Shown here piece by piece: positions 37,156-50,619 of a DNA stretch of 64,000 bases; the stretch's first letter is position 1, and every line of letters starts with the position of its first letter. Under the pieces are notes generated by a model, which saw only the letters and a list, made by a program, of their open reading frames with translations, was not told where the DNA came from and did no database searches. This DNA comes from Lophium mytilinum (lineage: Eukaryota), in the NCBI GenBank assembly GCA_010093605.1, contig MU004186.1:910616-974615 (forward strand), read 5' to 3'. A program made the translations under genes and the position numbers.

Positions 37156-39455
37156 ATGAAATTCACGATCTCCATCGCTAGCTTTCTATCCATCCCAACG
37201 TTCATATTTGGTACTAACGGGGTCCGGATCTCTTCGTCAAATCACATGTTTGGAGGCGTCAATCACCAGAATCTCCAGTATCTTGACCCCATAGAGCGAG
37301 ATAGGTCTATCACGGCAATCGTAAACGCCAATGCCACCGTGATTCGGCTCTTCAGTACGCATTCCGAACAACAATGCTCAAGAAGACCTAGTACTAATAA
37401 CATTGATAATAATAGTCAGAGGCAACGAGCACCACGCCGATGTAAGTAGCACACCCCTTTCACATTTACTCCCAAGGGAGGCTAACTGAAAGTCCAGCCT
37501 GAAACATCACTAGGAGAGTTTGACTTCTCGGTCCTCGATCAGTTTGATGACACACTGGCAGCGATACACCGTATCAGCAATGGTTTGTCTTCCAGCTCGA
37601 ACGGTTTGTGCCTTGTCCTGACTAGCCATTACAGGCAGAACCAAAGTCATCATAGCCCCTCACGATGCGCATAGTCTTCGTGGGTCAAACTCGGCGCCCT
37701 GCGACGTATATTGCAAGGCGCTCAAAGGAGCTTTTCTAGACTTCTACTCGACTCCTATGTGTAAGTTCACCTTGCGTAGGCTAAAGTTCTCGAAATCTAA
37801 CCAAGGATTCCCTCAGTCCGTAGCGCATACAAGAACCGCTTAAGCACGATGTTCAACGAATATCGCTCCAAGAACTTTGGTGGGGCGTCTTGGAGCGCAC
37901 TGAATCAGGTCATCTTGGTGGGTTTTAACTCCGTTCATGTAGAGCATATGTGATGTGGCCAGACCTCCTGACCGTGATTTAGGGCGTCGATCTACAGAAT
38001 GAGCCGTGGTCCGGGGTCTGGCCAATTGTAGCTGGAGAAAAATGGTTATGTGATATTGCAACTTACTTAAAAATCGACGTTGGCCTTGGAAAGAACAATA
38101 TCGCCGTCATCACCGGAGGGATATCAGGAGCTATTAGTCCTAGAGGGACCGAAAACTTTCCAGACTCTGCCATAGACTGCCCAGCGGTCGATGTGATCGC
38201 AATTCATGGGTAAGGGGTCTACCATCTACTACAATGCTTGGTGTCTCACTCACATGGCTTCAGATATTTCTCTGCCGACGATGACCAAACTGCAGGCACT
38301 CCTTGGGTAAGAATTACACTACAATAATGAGTATCCTTCTAATATCACGTAGGTAAACATGTTCCTTCCCGGAAACACTCTGACAAGCCGCCTTCTTGGC
38401 AATAAGCTCCTCATGGTTGAAGAACTCAGCTATACGCGCACCAAGCGCGGACTTCACTACAAGAACGCTGACATTTGGGACCAAGGCAACGCCCTCAACT
38501 ACCGTGGGATTCCCTGGGTTTGTCTGTCCATTCCCGCTCACATCATTGCTCAAACATCACTAACGCCCGCCCGCCGTCCAAGCTCTTCTCCAGCGTCACC
38601 GAAGATGATGAGTGGAAAACCGGTCATGTAGCTCTCCATCGTGGTGCCGGCTCTGCCATGGCTGCCCTCACATCCGTCCTCCAGGATGCCTCCACTGCCC
38701 GCAGCAACTTCGACTGGAACCGCTATCTTCCCCAACTCCAAAGTCACGCCTTCTCTCCCACCAATCTTCTGAAAGCAAATCCCTACATTCCTCCCCAAAG
38801 TGCATGCACCTTTGGCTGCGACGGCTGGTTCTGCGACGCAGCAGACGGCTGTGCCCCGGGCTCTGTCTGCAAAAACAATGTCTGCAGGCCATGTACTACT
38901 GGCTGTGCGGGCGCAACCTGCGACAACCACCGCCAGCTCTGTCAGGAATCGATGCAGTGCGTCAACGGAACGTGTCAGGAATGCGAGGCGCGGAAGAGTG
39001 CTAAGCCGAAAAAAACGTCCGGCGACCCTTATATCAACTTCTCTGATCCCAACGGCTCGTGCGTGTCGGATGATCCTTTCGCTACAACGGCTATCTGTCA
39101 ATTCTGCGACCCGCTCGCTCGGTCTTGTAGAGGCAGCCCCTGTGTGAAGGCGGCGGATTGCGATGTGGACGAGTATTGTGACTGGGGGTTGTGTAAGCCG
39201 TGTACGGAGGGATGTTTAGGCATGGCGTGTAAGACGTCGAGAGGTTGCAAGACGGGGAGGTGTAATGAATTTGGGAAGTGCGACTACCCTGGGAAGATGA
39301 AGGCACCGATTCGACCTGAGGACGTGAGAGGGCGGAGGAGCCCGCAGTACTATGCGCAGGGTGGACGGCAACAGGGACCGATGAAGGTAAAGGATAATGC
39401 GTGGCGGGTCAATGCTCCGATGGAGGAGGTGAAGGCGACGGGTATGAGTGGGTGA
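37156..39455 (+). CDS. Secreted GH5-like glycoside hydrolase with Cys-rich C-terminal domain, about 9 exons
   Basis: Signal peptide MKFTISIASFLSIPTFIFG, FGGVN, VIRLF, acid/base motif DLQNEP, IAIHGY and nucleophile LMVEE. All introns are GT-AG and keep frame. Confidence 0.85.
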
Positions 39456-40491
39456 GAGTCGTCTCGAGGTTTCTTTTACCATTATCAAGACATGAGGTTT
39501 CTAGCTGTCGAGGTTCATAAGATCAATCCTATCTCCGAATTTCTAGCTTTGTTTCAAATTCTCAAGACGTTCCGCATCTTCGAGCCGCTCATCATGGTTC
39601 GATCTAGCATCTCTCGCACGCGGAACTTCTCCTCTATCCCCATCAAAAGATAGAGAATCCCAGGCCTCTAAGACCAAAAATACGTCATGGTAGCAAAAAG
39701 ATCACTTCCCTTGGGGAGGGTGGCAAAAATGGCGAACTCCTTTACTCAGCAAGATGCACATATTATGTTTCCGCGACTTGGGGGGTTTGCAATTACGTAT
39801 TTGTACTACTCAGGGCCATCTTTCCACGTTGCTAGACTTCTATATCACTGCCTCTGGCTATTGCTATCATCTAAATGAGCAATGTATCATTCTGGTCTAG
39901 TGATCTCAAAGATCATCGATCGTGCAAGGTCTGCATCATCACCGTCACTCAAAACAACCACCCTCTCCCCGACCCCCAGCCCATCGGTATGGACGTCCGC
40001 CCATTTTGCACTATTCCTCCAACGCACCTCACATATCGGTCTTCGTTGTCTCCAAGCGCAACACAACACCCACATAAGGGCATTTTGAGCTTTTTTTTGC
40101 ACCACTTCCGCCACTTCCACCACACCACCCACAACCATCGCATATCGTCTCCAAGCTTTTTGCAAGAAGACCAAGTCTCCCATCACGGTAGTCTTGTCGT
40201 ACGACTTGATTCCACCACCTTGTCCTCTCCTCCTCCATGCCCTTCTCAGAAGCTAGGAGAGAAGTTTATATACCGTTGGCGAGTAATGTTCTTGGCGGGC
40301 ACGTGAGGGGGAGATAGGTCTCGTGATGAGAGCAATAGAGTGAGAGATACTCTGAAATACGCGACTTGGACCTCGAATTAGATTCAGGGAGAGGAGAGGT
40401 AAGATAGCATCGTCTGATGTAATCTAGTGACTCTAGTGAGTTCTCATAACGATCAAGATCCACGTCAAGTAAATTTGCAGACTGTGGTATC

Positions 40492-40800
40492 GCAGTACTA
40501 GACAACATTATATACAAATCACCTACGAAAGGCACAAACTAGCTCCCGTTCCTCCATCCAGATCAGTCTCAACCCTCAGGCACGATGTGCAGCCTTCGCC
40601 AATAGTATGCCAAAAACCACTCCAAATCGCACGGACTGGCTCCCATTTATTCAATTCGCAGCACCAAAATCAAAACCTTTCCCTCGACCCAATTCTTGCT
40701 ATAAAGCCGCCCAACATGCCCGCATGGTCCAATTTGCAGCGTTCGCCAATAGTATGCCAAAAACGACTCCAAATCGCACGGACTGGCTCCCGTTCATACT
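40492..40800 (+). repeat. Dispersed repeat family, locus 2 (three copies)
   Basis: Copies at 40588 and 40735 are 147 bp apart and match at 59 of 64 nt. A degenerate copy at 40492-40551 aligns ungapped at 39 of 60 nt. Confidence 0.9.
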
Positions 40801-41113
40801 CTCGCGACACCAAGATGAGGTTTACTCTTACGGTCTGATCCACGTTGGGCGGCAATTTACATCTCCGTATAACACGATCTGATGTGTACATGAACTCGAA
40901 GCTGTAATGAGCTAGCAGATAGCAAGACCAAGAGCATCGTCCTTCTTCGCTCGTTCTAGTGGATTCATGGATTCTTAATTCCGCGAGCGTCGGGAAGAGG
41001 GGTTATGCTGCGGCAGCATCATCGTCGCCCTTTACAGATGTTGGACATAGACGGTGAATGCGAAATCAAAACAGCAAAAAGCAAAAAAATCACGCTCACA
41101 GCGCCATTTGAAA

Positions 41114-41173
41114 CAGCGGTCCCATAGGACACAGAAGGCTCAATTAACCAGCGGTCCCAAAGGACACAGAAGG
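41114..41173 (+). repeat. 25-bp direct repeat with 10-bp spacer
   Basis: CAGCGGTCCCA(T/A)AGGACACAGAAGG at 41114-41138 and 41149-41173, one mismatch. Confidence 0.9.
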
Positions 41174-41779
41174 TAGGTTTTCAACAACTGACCATTAAGC
41201 CACAGAGGTTGGGCAGACTTATGGAGCTGTGATTTTGGAGTATACGGAGAATAGAATGCTATATATACACTCTATACGTGAGCACTACGTCCGAGGTGGC
41301 CTGCGAGCTGATAGACTGTAGAAGACCGCGGCAGCCTATGGCGTTTAGAGGACGCAGAGGATGCGAAGCAGCTTGTAGGAAAGGTATCTGGAGTTGGCTG
41401 TGTATCGTTCTTGGAGGATGTTGCCTATAAGTAGAACGTTCATGTCGGCAACAGAGAGCACATTTGACGCTCATGTGAAGTTGCTTCGGGTGCAGTACTG
41501 ACAATATTACGGCTGACACCGCTCATGTTTGGAAGTGGCTAGGCTAACCCAGACCCAGACCAGAAGAAATCCGGACTCCTTGTGGTGCTCTATGACAAGT
41601 GCTATCCACCTCCATGTGTGCTCGACTTGCCTTCTCCGCATTCAGCCTAGCGAGGCAATCGTCTGATCATTCTTTCGTATCTCCCATGTTCGAACCGCAC
41701 CTCAAAGGGTGTCTTGCGAACCCGAATCCGTCGCTGTGTCAAAAAAGCCATCCCAATTTCCCATCCCTCGCGCCTCATC

Positions 41780-43344
41780 TCAATACCCCTGCTCTTTATG
41801 CCACTTCTCCTCCCATCCCGGAAACCACGGATACTCGTCCAAACTGCCAACCTCCCAATCCGCCGGCACAAGCCCCCTCTCCACCTGCTCCCTTGCATAT
41901 TCTTCTAAGCTTGGCACAACGACGTGCTCCGTGTGCCACGTGTTCTTGTACTCCATCAAACTCTTCTTCCCCTCCTTCAATATCTTCAGTAGTAAAGCGG
42001 GGACATAAGGCTCCTCACGGAACGTCTGCACGGGAGTAAAGAGGGCCTTGAAGTTGAACACGACGCCCGAGGAGAGAGGGAGACGACGCAGCGTCTGCCA
42101 ATCAACGCGGAGGTTGCAGCGCGAGATGTCGAGGTCGGCGTGCTGCACATCGCGGTGCTTTTCGTGCGGGTGGCCCGGGGGCATGTAGAGGGGCTCGTCA
42201 ACTTCGAGGCCCCAGGACCCGCGTTGGATGGGTCCGTCAGTGGCCATGATGGAGAAGTATCTGAGACGAACGTCAGTTTCAAAGTTCAAGTTCCGTGTTG
42301 AGATGAAGGGGCAAGTACTTGTCCATGGACCATTGCATGTTTTTCTTGTAGTCGGGGATCGGGGCGTGGATCTCGTGCAGCTGCATGCCCATTTTGGAGC
42401 CGAGGTCCCATCCGAGCGAGCTGCAGATGACGCCGGCGCGGAAGAAGTACATTCCTGACTCTGGATCGCGGAGCATGATGGCGAAGTCTTCTGGGACGTT
42501 GTTGAGTAGGACCTGTAGTGGATCTGTTGTTTTGAGGTGTGATTCGGTGTTCAAGATGGAATTGTAGAAGATCATGTTCTCCTTGTCTAGACGGAAGTGG
42601 CGAGGATACCGGGCGACAAGGAACTGCAACGACATCTCCATTAACTCCTTACATGCGAGCTCTGAGCCAGGCATGCTATCAAGAACGTTTTTCCCGTGCT
42701 CTGCGAAAAGGTCTTGCCGTTGCTTGATTCGTAGACGGTAGTTGCTTTCTAGTTCCAGCCACCAATCAGGTTGCATCTTGTTGTGTGCTGCAAAGAAGGT
42801 GTTAGCTCTGGACCACACACCATCGCACGGCTGACATACACATAGTCTGATGATACGTCCACCTCAGCGGCCGGTACGGTCTTGGCAGGGCTTTGTTGAT
42901 ATCGAACTCGTGGTAGGGCTGAGGAAGTGGCACGCCACTGAGTTTGGCATAATCGGGGAAGTCGCCCAAGGCTTTGATATCCTTGATTGAAAATTCTGCC
43001 GGGGTATAGAAATCTGGTGCCGCGTCTAGGTAGGAGGTTGTCATAGGCAATGGTTTCTGAGATTCGGAACGGTCGCTCTCTGTCTTGCCGGGCTTCTCTC
43101 CGTCGGTCAAGACGAAGCGGCGAGATGGCGGGAAGCGTTTCGTGAAGTCAATCGGCTTCTCTTTCTTCTCCTTTTTGTCTGGAGACAGAGACCGTGGTGG
43201 GGTATTCGAGCCAGAATCCCGCCGGCGTGAGATATGCAGACGACCCAAGACTACATCTCGGCGTTGCTTGTTCAAGGTGAGGATGACCAAAGCGACAACA
43301 ATGGCAGCGCCACCGAGAAGGGAGCTATAGAAGAAATCAAACAT
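41780..43344 (-). CDS. DUF3445 / heme-dependent oxidative N-demethylase alpha-subunit-like protein, 3 exons
   Basis: N-terminal TM, PRPYRPLRW..HQTM, MQPDWWLELESNY, VPEDFAIML, LHEIHAPIP and LRVDWQTLRRLPLS motifs. Confidence 0.85.
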
Positions 43345-44827
43345 GGTGCCGGAGGGTATATAGAACGGGAGAAGAAGTTGAAGGGGAGAGAAGTGAGAAA
43401 GATATAGAACGGTGGAGTAATAGAAGTCAACAGCGATGTCGGATGGCGGCTGCCAGAATGCAGCACTCCACAGTTACACAGCAGAAGAAGCAATGAAATG
43501 CGGGCGAGGAGTGGGCAAACTTGACGCTGGCGGGAAACAATGCCTTTATTGACTGCTCCGCGTGCCGCAGCGAGTACCTGCGTGACACTGATGGTTGAGC
43601 GGTCTTATCGGGGTCTGGAAAGGCGGGGAGGGGGGCCCAGCGGAGAGCAGATAGGAAGAAGAAAGCACTGGACCACCGAAAGAGGAAAAGAGACTCGACG
43701 CAGAGGGCAGCGATTTGGCTGTAGATTGGCAACAGGTGTGGCCAGCCGTCGCCATCGCACAGCTGCAAGTGGTGCAAGTAGTGCAAGTGCACGCCGTGGT
43801 GGGAGCGGTGCCCTATCTCCGCCCAGAGGCTCTGCAGCAAATCACCGCTTGCGCCATCCCGGCTAGCGGAGAGTCGTGCAGCTTGTACAAAAGGGGTATA
43901 CAAGTCCCCAGCTGCACCCAAATCACCACACTCTCGCCCAGCCTGTCGCCTTTCCTGTCTTCTTTCCCATGGGCCGACTGCAGCCATCCAGGGAACGAAT
44001 TGCGGTGCCGCAGCACGAGAACTGGACTTCACCCCGAAATGCATCTTCGCTCAACACTCCTGGTATTCCGGCCCATGGTACAGCGTTATCCAGCTGCGTC
44101 CCCTGCTGTTGCGCGTCCGCAGCCAGCACCCACCTTGTCGCCGCTGCATAGCAGTCCGGCATCGACTATTGATTGCCCTCTTGCGGCCAATTGTTCCGCC
44201 AAAGTGTGCTGATGGACGTTGGCTGTGGGGACGGAACCGTTGGGGTGGATCGTCGTGATGCCATCCACTCTGTGCGCTGCTTGGTGTGTCGGGAAACTGG
44301 CCGGCGGGTGGGGCGGCTTGCGTCGAGAGCGCAGCTGTCGTGCATTGTGGAGTTGGAGTCGTGTAGTCTTCAGCCTGAGCGAATGGCGGCCGATCGGGAA
44401 TCACCTCCACTCCAGGCAGGTAGCCAAGGGACGTGTTTGCGAGAGTACTATCATCTTCTCTTTCCATCGACCGAGACATCGAGATAAGCTGCAATACGAG
44501 GCGTCAGCCTTCATAGCAGTGTCGCGTTCGAAGTCTGGATAGTCGAGGTAAGTTGGAATGCTATTCAGACATACTGAGAGAAGATGCAGCGTCGATGCCC
44601 ATCGTCGGGTGAGAAGCGTCTCTTAGTAAGCCGAAGATCGCCCCAGGGTCTATGGATACGATGGCATTGATGGTAGAGAGTATCACGGTCAAAAACGAGA
44701 GAACGTTCCAGTTTGACTGGTACAATTTATGCTAGACTACGAAGGCAGCCTGCACAGCGGTATCGGGCCGCGCAGGAACAGAGAACTTATTTCTGCCACC
44801 CACTCAGAGCGTTCCTTCAAGATAATC

Positions 44828-46046
44828 TTACAAACATGGCGTCCAATCAGTCTTCTTAATGTACTCAGCCATAGTCGTGCGAGGAACTTCGATACCAAGC
44901 TTCAGAGAACACGTCAGCACTCTGTCTCAACATCAACTGACTGTAGAGGTACTCACATTCTCGGGATAGACAACGTCCGGATCGTTGCCATCGTAGCCAA
45001 ACTTGTCAATGTATTCGATCATATCGGCCAGCTCCTTGCCGACTGGGCCAGGGATGAGCTCCTCCAATTCTGACCGCGGCGCTTCTTCGTACGTGATCGT
45101 CTTGCCGTTGTGCTCGCCCCAAAGCGCCGCCCACTCCTTCCAGCTGAGTTTGCTCCCTGAACCGATCAGGTTCTTGCCAGCCGGAACATCCACGAGAGCC
45201 TTGGTGAAGCTGCCAACGTCGGCGCGGGGGTCCGTCATTGGGAACTTGACGTCGCCGTTCATGCAGATACGTAGAATGTAGGTGCCATCCGGTTGCTGCA
45301 CACATTAGTAAGTTGCTCTTTGCCCCTAGATCTCTCTGGATCATCAGTAAACATACCTTCCTGGGCGCCATCATTCCTCCACCCCTCCAGTTGGTTGCAA
45401 AATACCCAACTTGCAAAAAGCTGGTTTTCTTCTCCAACTCGGGATACGTCGCCCTCAGATACTTGACCGCCTCCCACTTCGCATCAAAATGCAGATTGAA
45501 CGTAATCGTCCCCTTGCTCCACTCCTTCGTACTACTCAGAGTACTCAACACGAAGCGATCCAGCGTCTTGACAGTAGCCGCGGCCGCATCGACAATGTTC
45601 TTTCCCTGCTGCACCTCGATGTCGTACGCAACCTCGTTGATGGTCCGCCCTTCCTGTGCAGCTTTGGCATGGTTCGCTGGGACCTTGACGCTCTGCCAGA
45701 AGTCGGTGACGCCGAAAGCAACGTTCGCGCCAGCGAAAGCTTTCTTAAGGGACTCGGCGTCATTGAGGTCAGCGGCAACCATTTCAACGCCTTTGTCGGA
45801 CCATTCTTTGGATGAGCCTTTGGTGGGATCACGTGAGATACCACGGATTTTCCAGCCGGGGGTCTTGAGGAAGACGTCGGCAACGGACGCACCCTATGAT
45901 GTTGTTAGCGGGGCAGCTCCAGCTTCGAGAGGGGAGGCTGAGGTGCGGGGTTGCTGCAATCTAGAACTCTAGGATTTTAAAAGAGAGGCAAGAAAACGAA
46001 CCTGGTTGCCAGTGATACCGACAATGACGATAAGTTTCTCAGACAT
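44828..46046 (-). CDS. NmrA-like NAD(P)-binding protein, 4 exons
   Basis: MSEKLIVIVGITGNQ|GASVA Rossmann motif, ADLND, FGVTDFW, QGKNIVDAAA and HFDAK. Confidence 0.92.
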
Positions 46047-47353
46047 GGTGGTGATACTCCGCTTGTTAAATAAACCGAAGGCTGATTTCGAGAGTATGCT
46101 TCCTCGAAATCGGGAGAGCATATAACACAGGGAGAGATAGTAACAGTAGACTGTAGGCTTGAATATCGATTGAACTGAAAGCTGATGATACTCCTAACAT
46201 ATTGGGAGCAACCCCTCTTTATACCTCTCACAGTGTCCTACCTTTGTCCCACCAACTCTAGCCTAACCTGCTGCTACTAACACACGACACCGACTCCGCC
46301 GACCAAGATGCTAGAGCCAAGCCATGCTACCAGATTCTAAAAGCCTTACGCTCAAACTGGCCCCATCTACAAAGGCTCGGAGCTGCTTATCTAAAGCAGC
46401 CCGAGCCGTATGTCAGCCAGACGTCCGAGAGTGCGTGGCCAATCATGCTGTGGCTATCCTCGTAGTAGCGGCATTGCACGAGGCTGCATATGGTTTAGGG
46501 GACACTTCAACACGATGGCGGTTCCTGCTGTCAGCTTTTGTCGGGCATTTGCTGTTTAGACTTGGACGGCGGGCATGTGATTCGCTGTATTTTATGACAA
46601 AGGCGCTATTCGCGCACTGAAACTGCTGAGAGCGAGGCGGGTGCGTGGGGGCTTTGTCAGGCTTGGTGGAGGTAGAGTGTTGAAGTCTCGGCGAGGGAGG
46701 TGGAAAAGCCGATGACATCGTCAGCGGGAGCGAATGCCGAGGCCGAGCGCGATGGTTAGCTAACGAGGTGGAAGCGCGAGAGCGAATCACAAATAGTGCT
46801 TTTGCGGCGGTAGGAAGGACTGAGTATTACACACCCTTGTAGGAGAAGTATAGCTGTTGTGATGCGAACAATGTTGGAAGGAGTTGATTCCTGCGAATGC
46901 TGAGGCTGTGTTTTGCTTCCACTCGGGTATTTTCAATTCTAGATCTCTTCCTACGTCGGTAAAGCTCAGCCATATCTATCTCATGTCCATACATATAAGC
47001 TTCCACAATTATATTCGATTCATTTCATTTCTAACACGATCCTAGCTACTATGCTTTTCAAATCTTTCCTGCCCAATCTTGACCATTCTTGGAACGGTCT
47101 GTGTAGCTTCGATTCATGCATATACTTTATAAAACATGCTAATTCGATTGGAAGCATATAGTTACGCTATCACGGAATGAACCTACCCGTGGTTTGCTTG
47201 ATACAAATTTCACTTTCTCATACCAATTCCAAAGCCAATTGTGAATCGCATTCGTCCTTCGACACCAAAACGAAACGCTCGGGCCCCAACGCGTCAACCC
47301 ATCACCACTCTCATCCCCACCACCCCCCGATCCCCTCCAAACCACACCTCCAA

Positions 47354-47790
47354 ATGTCCGACGACGACTCCGCCCACGAAGAGCGCCTCAAATCCGCGCT
47401 CTGGTACTCCATCGGCCAATTCGTCGACGAGCAATGCCTGCAGCAAAACCTTAACGCGACGCCGCAATTCATTGGCGCGTTGACCGAGCTCGTGTGGACA
47501 CAGATTGGTACGCCCAACCCCCATTCCCTAAATCTCGACTCTTGAGAGGAACAAAGCGCGCTTGCTAACGCTCGCACCCAGCAAATACCTCCCGCGACCT
47601 AGAGACCTTCGCGAAGCATGCTGGACGCGAGGTCGTGCAGACGGAGGATGTGATGCTGCTGACACGGCGGAATGAGGGGCTGGAGAGCGTGATGAAGACG
47701 TTTGTGGATGAATTGCGGGCGAGGGAGGGGAGGCCAGCGGTAGGCGGCGCGAAGGGGAAGGGGAAGGCTGGGGCGAAAGGGAGGAAGTGA
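47354..47790 (+). CDS. MHF1: CENP-S/MHF1 histone-fold protein, 2 exons
   Basis: ERLKSALWYSIGQFVDE..NATPQFIGALTELVWTQI|ANTSRDLETFAKHAGR..EDVMLLTRRNEGL. Confidence 0.95.
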
Positions 47791-48372
47791 AAAGACGGAG
47801 TGGTGTCTCGGGGGCATAGCGCTATGGAGTACAATGGGTTTGAGGGTTCTGGAGTTTGGGAGCGATTATGGGATGGTACATTTGCACGATATCCAGGGCT
47901 GCGTTATGGCGGAGTGACCTATTGGGGAGTCTCATGCTCTGTCTAAGGTATCACAGCTTGCTTTATTCACGATGTAATGTGGAAGGATACACCTCTGACT
48001 CAGTATGGTCTGTACTATTACAATTGCTCTACGGAGAGTACATCATGCACATATATTATCGAAACAATACTTGAAGACTAGCGCTTTGAACTTGACATCC
48101 CAATATGCAAAGGAAACGCTGCGTACAAGGAGCTGTTGATGGTAGAGATAAAGTAAGAGGAAGAATTAGATAACGATGAGCTCAAAACTACGCCTGCAAT
48201 GCTCAGAAACGCCGCAGGTACCTGCCGACAGCGTATCAAAACGATAGCCAACCAGCTTACCCACCCAAACCCGTATACACAGGGTATATCTATGCAACGC
48301 CAAAACTCCAAAGGTCTAGCCATCCATCCGGTCCGGTTTCTTCTAGGTCTCGCTCTTATTGTTCGTCTTACT

Positions 48373-49670
48373 CTAACTCTTCTGCCAATGTGTCTTGCAC
48401 TTGACATCCACTGTGCTAGTCTTGGCCGCCTCCCCTTTCCGCCCTGCCTCAATCACCAACGCAGTGAGCCTTCCTCCCGCCACACACCCGCTATCCAACC
48501 CAAAGCTGTACTTGTGGATATTCTTGCCTCGCTTCGAATCGTGGCCATACACAACCGACGACCGCTCCGCTGACTGCGACGGTACACGGGACTGGTATTT
48601 ATTCCACAGCTTCTCCCACGGTGTACCCTCGCGATTTTCACTCGGCAACCGGGTATCCAGATCGATCGTCCGCATATTCATGACGTGGTAGGGGTCTTGT
48701 CGTTCCAGCGGTATCCCGGGGACCAATCCCGCATGCACAACCACCATCTCGCCGAACCCAGCGATCTCTCCGACGCGCAGAATAACCGGGCATGCCTGCA
48801 GCCACTTGATTTGTTTGTCGTCGAATTCGCGCGCTAGGGAGCGGAAGGTATAGTCGCCGTGAGAAAAGCTCTCCTCATCGAGCAGATCTCTTCCATTGGT
48901 GGGGTCTTCGGCGGGGCCGGGGAGGGCCGCGTGGTGGCCGCGCATGTCGGCGAGGGCGAGCAACATGCGGTCTTCGTGGTTGCCGCGGACGCAGGACGCA
49001 GAGAGAGAGCGGGCGAGGGAGACAACGCCGGCGGAGTCAGGGCCTTTGGAGATCATGTCGCCTGTCAGGATGAGGTGGTCGTGAGGGGCGCGAAATTTGA
49101 CTTTGTCGAGGAGCGCTTGTACTGTGAAACAATTAGCTATTAAAGTCGAACTGTGGAGGAGTTAGTATCAGACTTACGCTCGTCTTTACACCCGTGCACA
49201 TCTCCCACTATAACAAGCCTTTGTTTGAAATTCTCGTCTGTGGGCAGCAGCCTGCTGTCCATCGTCTTGATCTGGATCATGTCTGAAAACTCTGGCCGCA
49301 TGTTCGACCCGAAAAACACTTTCTCTTCGTTCAGAGAATTCTCAATTGCCCGGTTGGTGTCCCAATCTGGTTGAAATACCCATTTCCAGCTGACCCATGC
49401 CGCTAAGAGGAGTGTCGCATATATGACGAAGTATCGCTGCACTCTCCGCGGGACCTGGGAGAGGCGGCTCGCAGGAGCAGCGACAATGCGTTTCCACGGC
49501 GGGGGCATGTCCTCGTCTGAGTCGCGGCGGTAGTACTCGTCGTCGGAGCCGTCGTAGTCTGCGTGCTTCCAGTCGCTAGTGGCCAAATCGATGAGCGGGC
49601 TTCTGGATGTGTGGGAAGGAGAGAAGGTGTTGGAGGCGTGCTTCTCGGGGTCGCGCTGCTTGTCAGCCAT
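48373..49670 (-). CDS. PPN2: Membrane-anchored calcineurin-like metallophosphoesterase (Ppn2-type endopolyphosphatase), 2 exons
   Basis: One TM helix followed by VGDVHGC, GDMISKGPDS, VRGNHE, VHAG, YGHD and GLDSGC motifs. Orthology to PPN2 is inferred from this architecture. Confidence 0.8.
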
Positions 49671-50619
49671 GAACTTGGCGTCAGCACGAAGGGCGGGCGA
49701 AGGCTACGTGGAGGCCTCCAGGGTTACAGAGGGTGTGCTGCTAGAGGAGGATCGGCGTGGGGAGCGCTGCGGATGGGTTGGGGTTGATACGAGGGATAAT
49801 GGTGGCGGTTGTTTCGGTTCGTAGGGCTGCTGCAGTGCTAATTCAGGGATGGAGAGTCGATGTTGTAGCGATTGCGGTCCAGGGCAAAGGAATACTCAGT
49901 CCGGGCCGCTCCAGGGTCGTCAGGATAAAGGTTTGGTGTTGTGAAGAGCGTGAAGGGGGATGTTGTTGAAGGCGAATCACGAGCAAGACCCATCGTTGTT
50001 CTGCTTCGAGCCTGGTGGTTTCCTCAATGAGGGATGCCAATCCCTTGGGGCCTTGGCTCGGGGGAAAATAGCAGCCATGGCAGTGCTAGAGAAGTGGAGA
50101 TGGAACACGAGGCGAGACGTGAAGCCGAGAGCGACGTCTACATTAGATAGAACTCTGACAGGGTCCTGGTAATCCTTCACAGCCTCGCGCAACCTTTCTG
50201 TTCTAACATCATCACTAAAATGACTCGGTCTCAAAATAGCACGGCCCGAGCCACACGATCGCCTTGCCGGGCCTTACTCCGAACACCACCCATCCTCAAC
50301 TCCTATGACATCCATTCACCATTTCCTACTCGGAATGATAGATGGACCGGAAGACGATATGATTCAGCGTATGCAGTCAGAAGTAGCCATACTCCAAGGT
50401 TCCCTACCTAGCAGTTGGAAGCCTGAAAGAATGCAACTTGCCTAGAAATTATCAACACTTGCTTTGGCTGCTATGGCTATTCTTGCAGCCGTGGAAATGG
50501 CAGGGAGATACTCCTATCGTCTAAAAATAACTGCGCACAGCATGGCAAACTGGATAACGAACAATCGACTACCCGTAGCCCTTCCAACAGCCTCACGAAG
50601 CTATACGCACGGGCAGCTT

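Noticed and set aside
40492..41173. Repeats as a CRISPR array
   Set aside because: Eukaryotic context, only 2-3 degenerate copies, irregular spacing and no cas genes.
43427..44542. Cluster of 100-200 aa ORFs upstream of the DUF3445 gene
   Set aside because: Overlapping on both strands with no domain signal; likely promoter region.
31500..46046. P450, GH5, DUF3445 and NmrA-like genes as a secondary-metabolite cluster
   Set aside because: No backbone enzyme (PKS, NRPS, terpene synthase) in the window, and the genes are interspersed with housekeeping genes.
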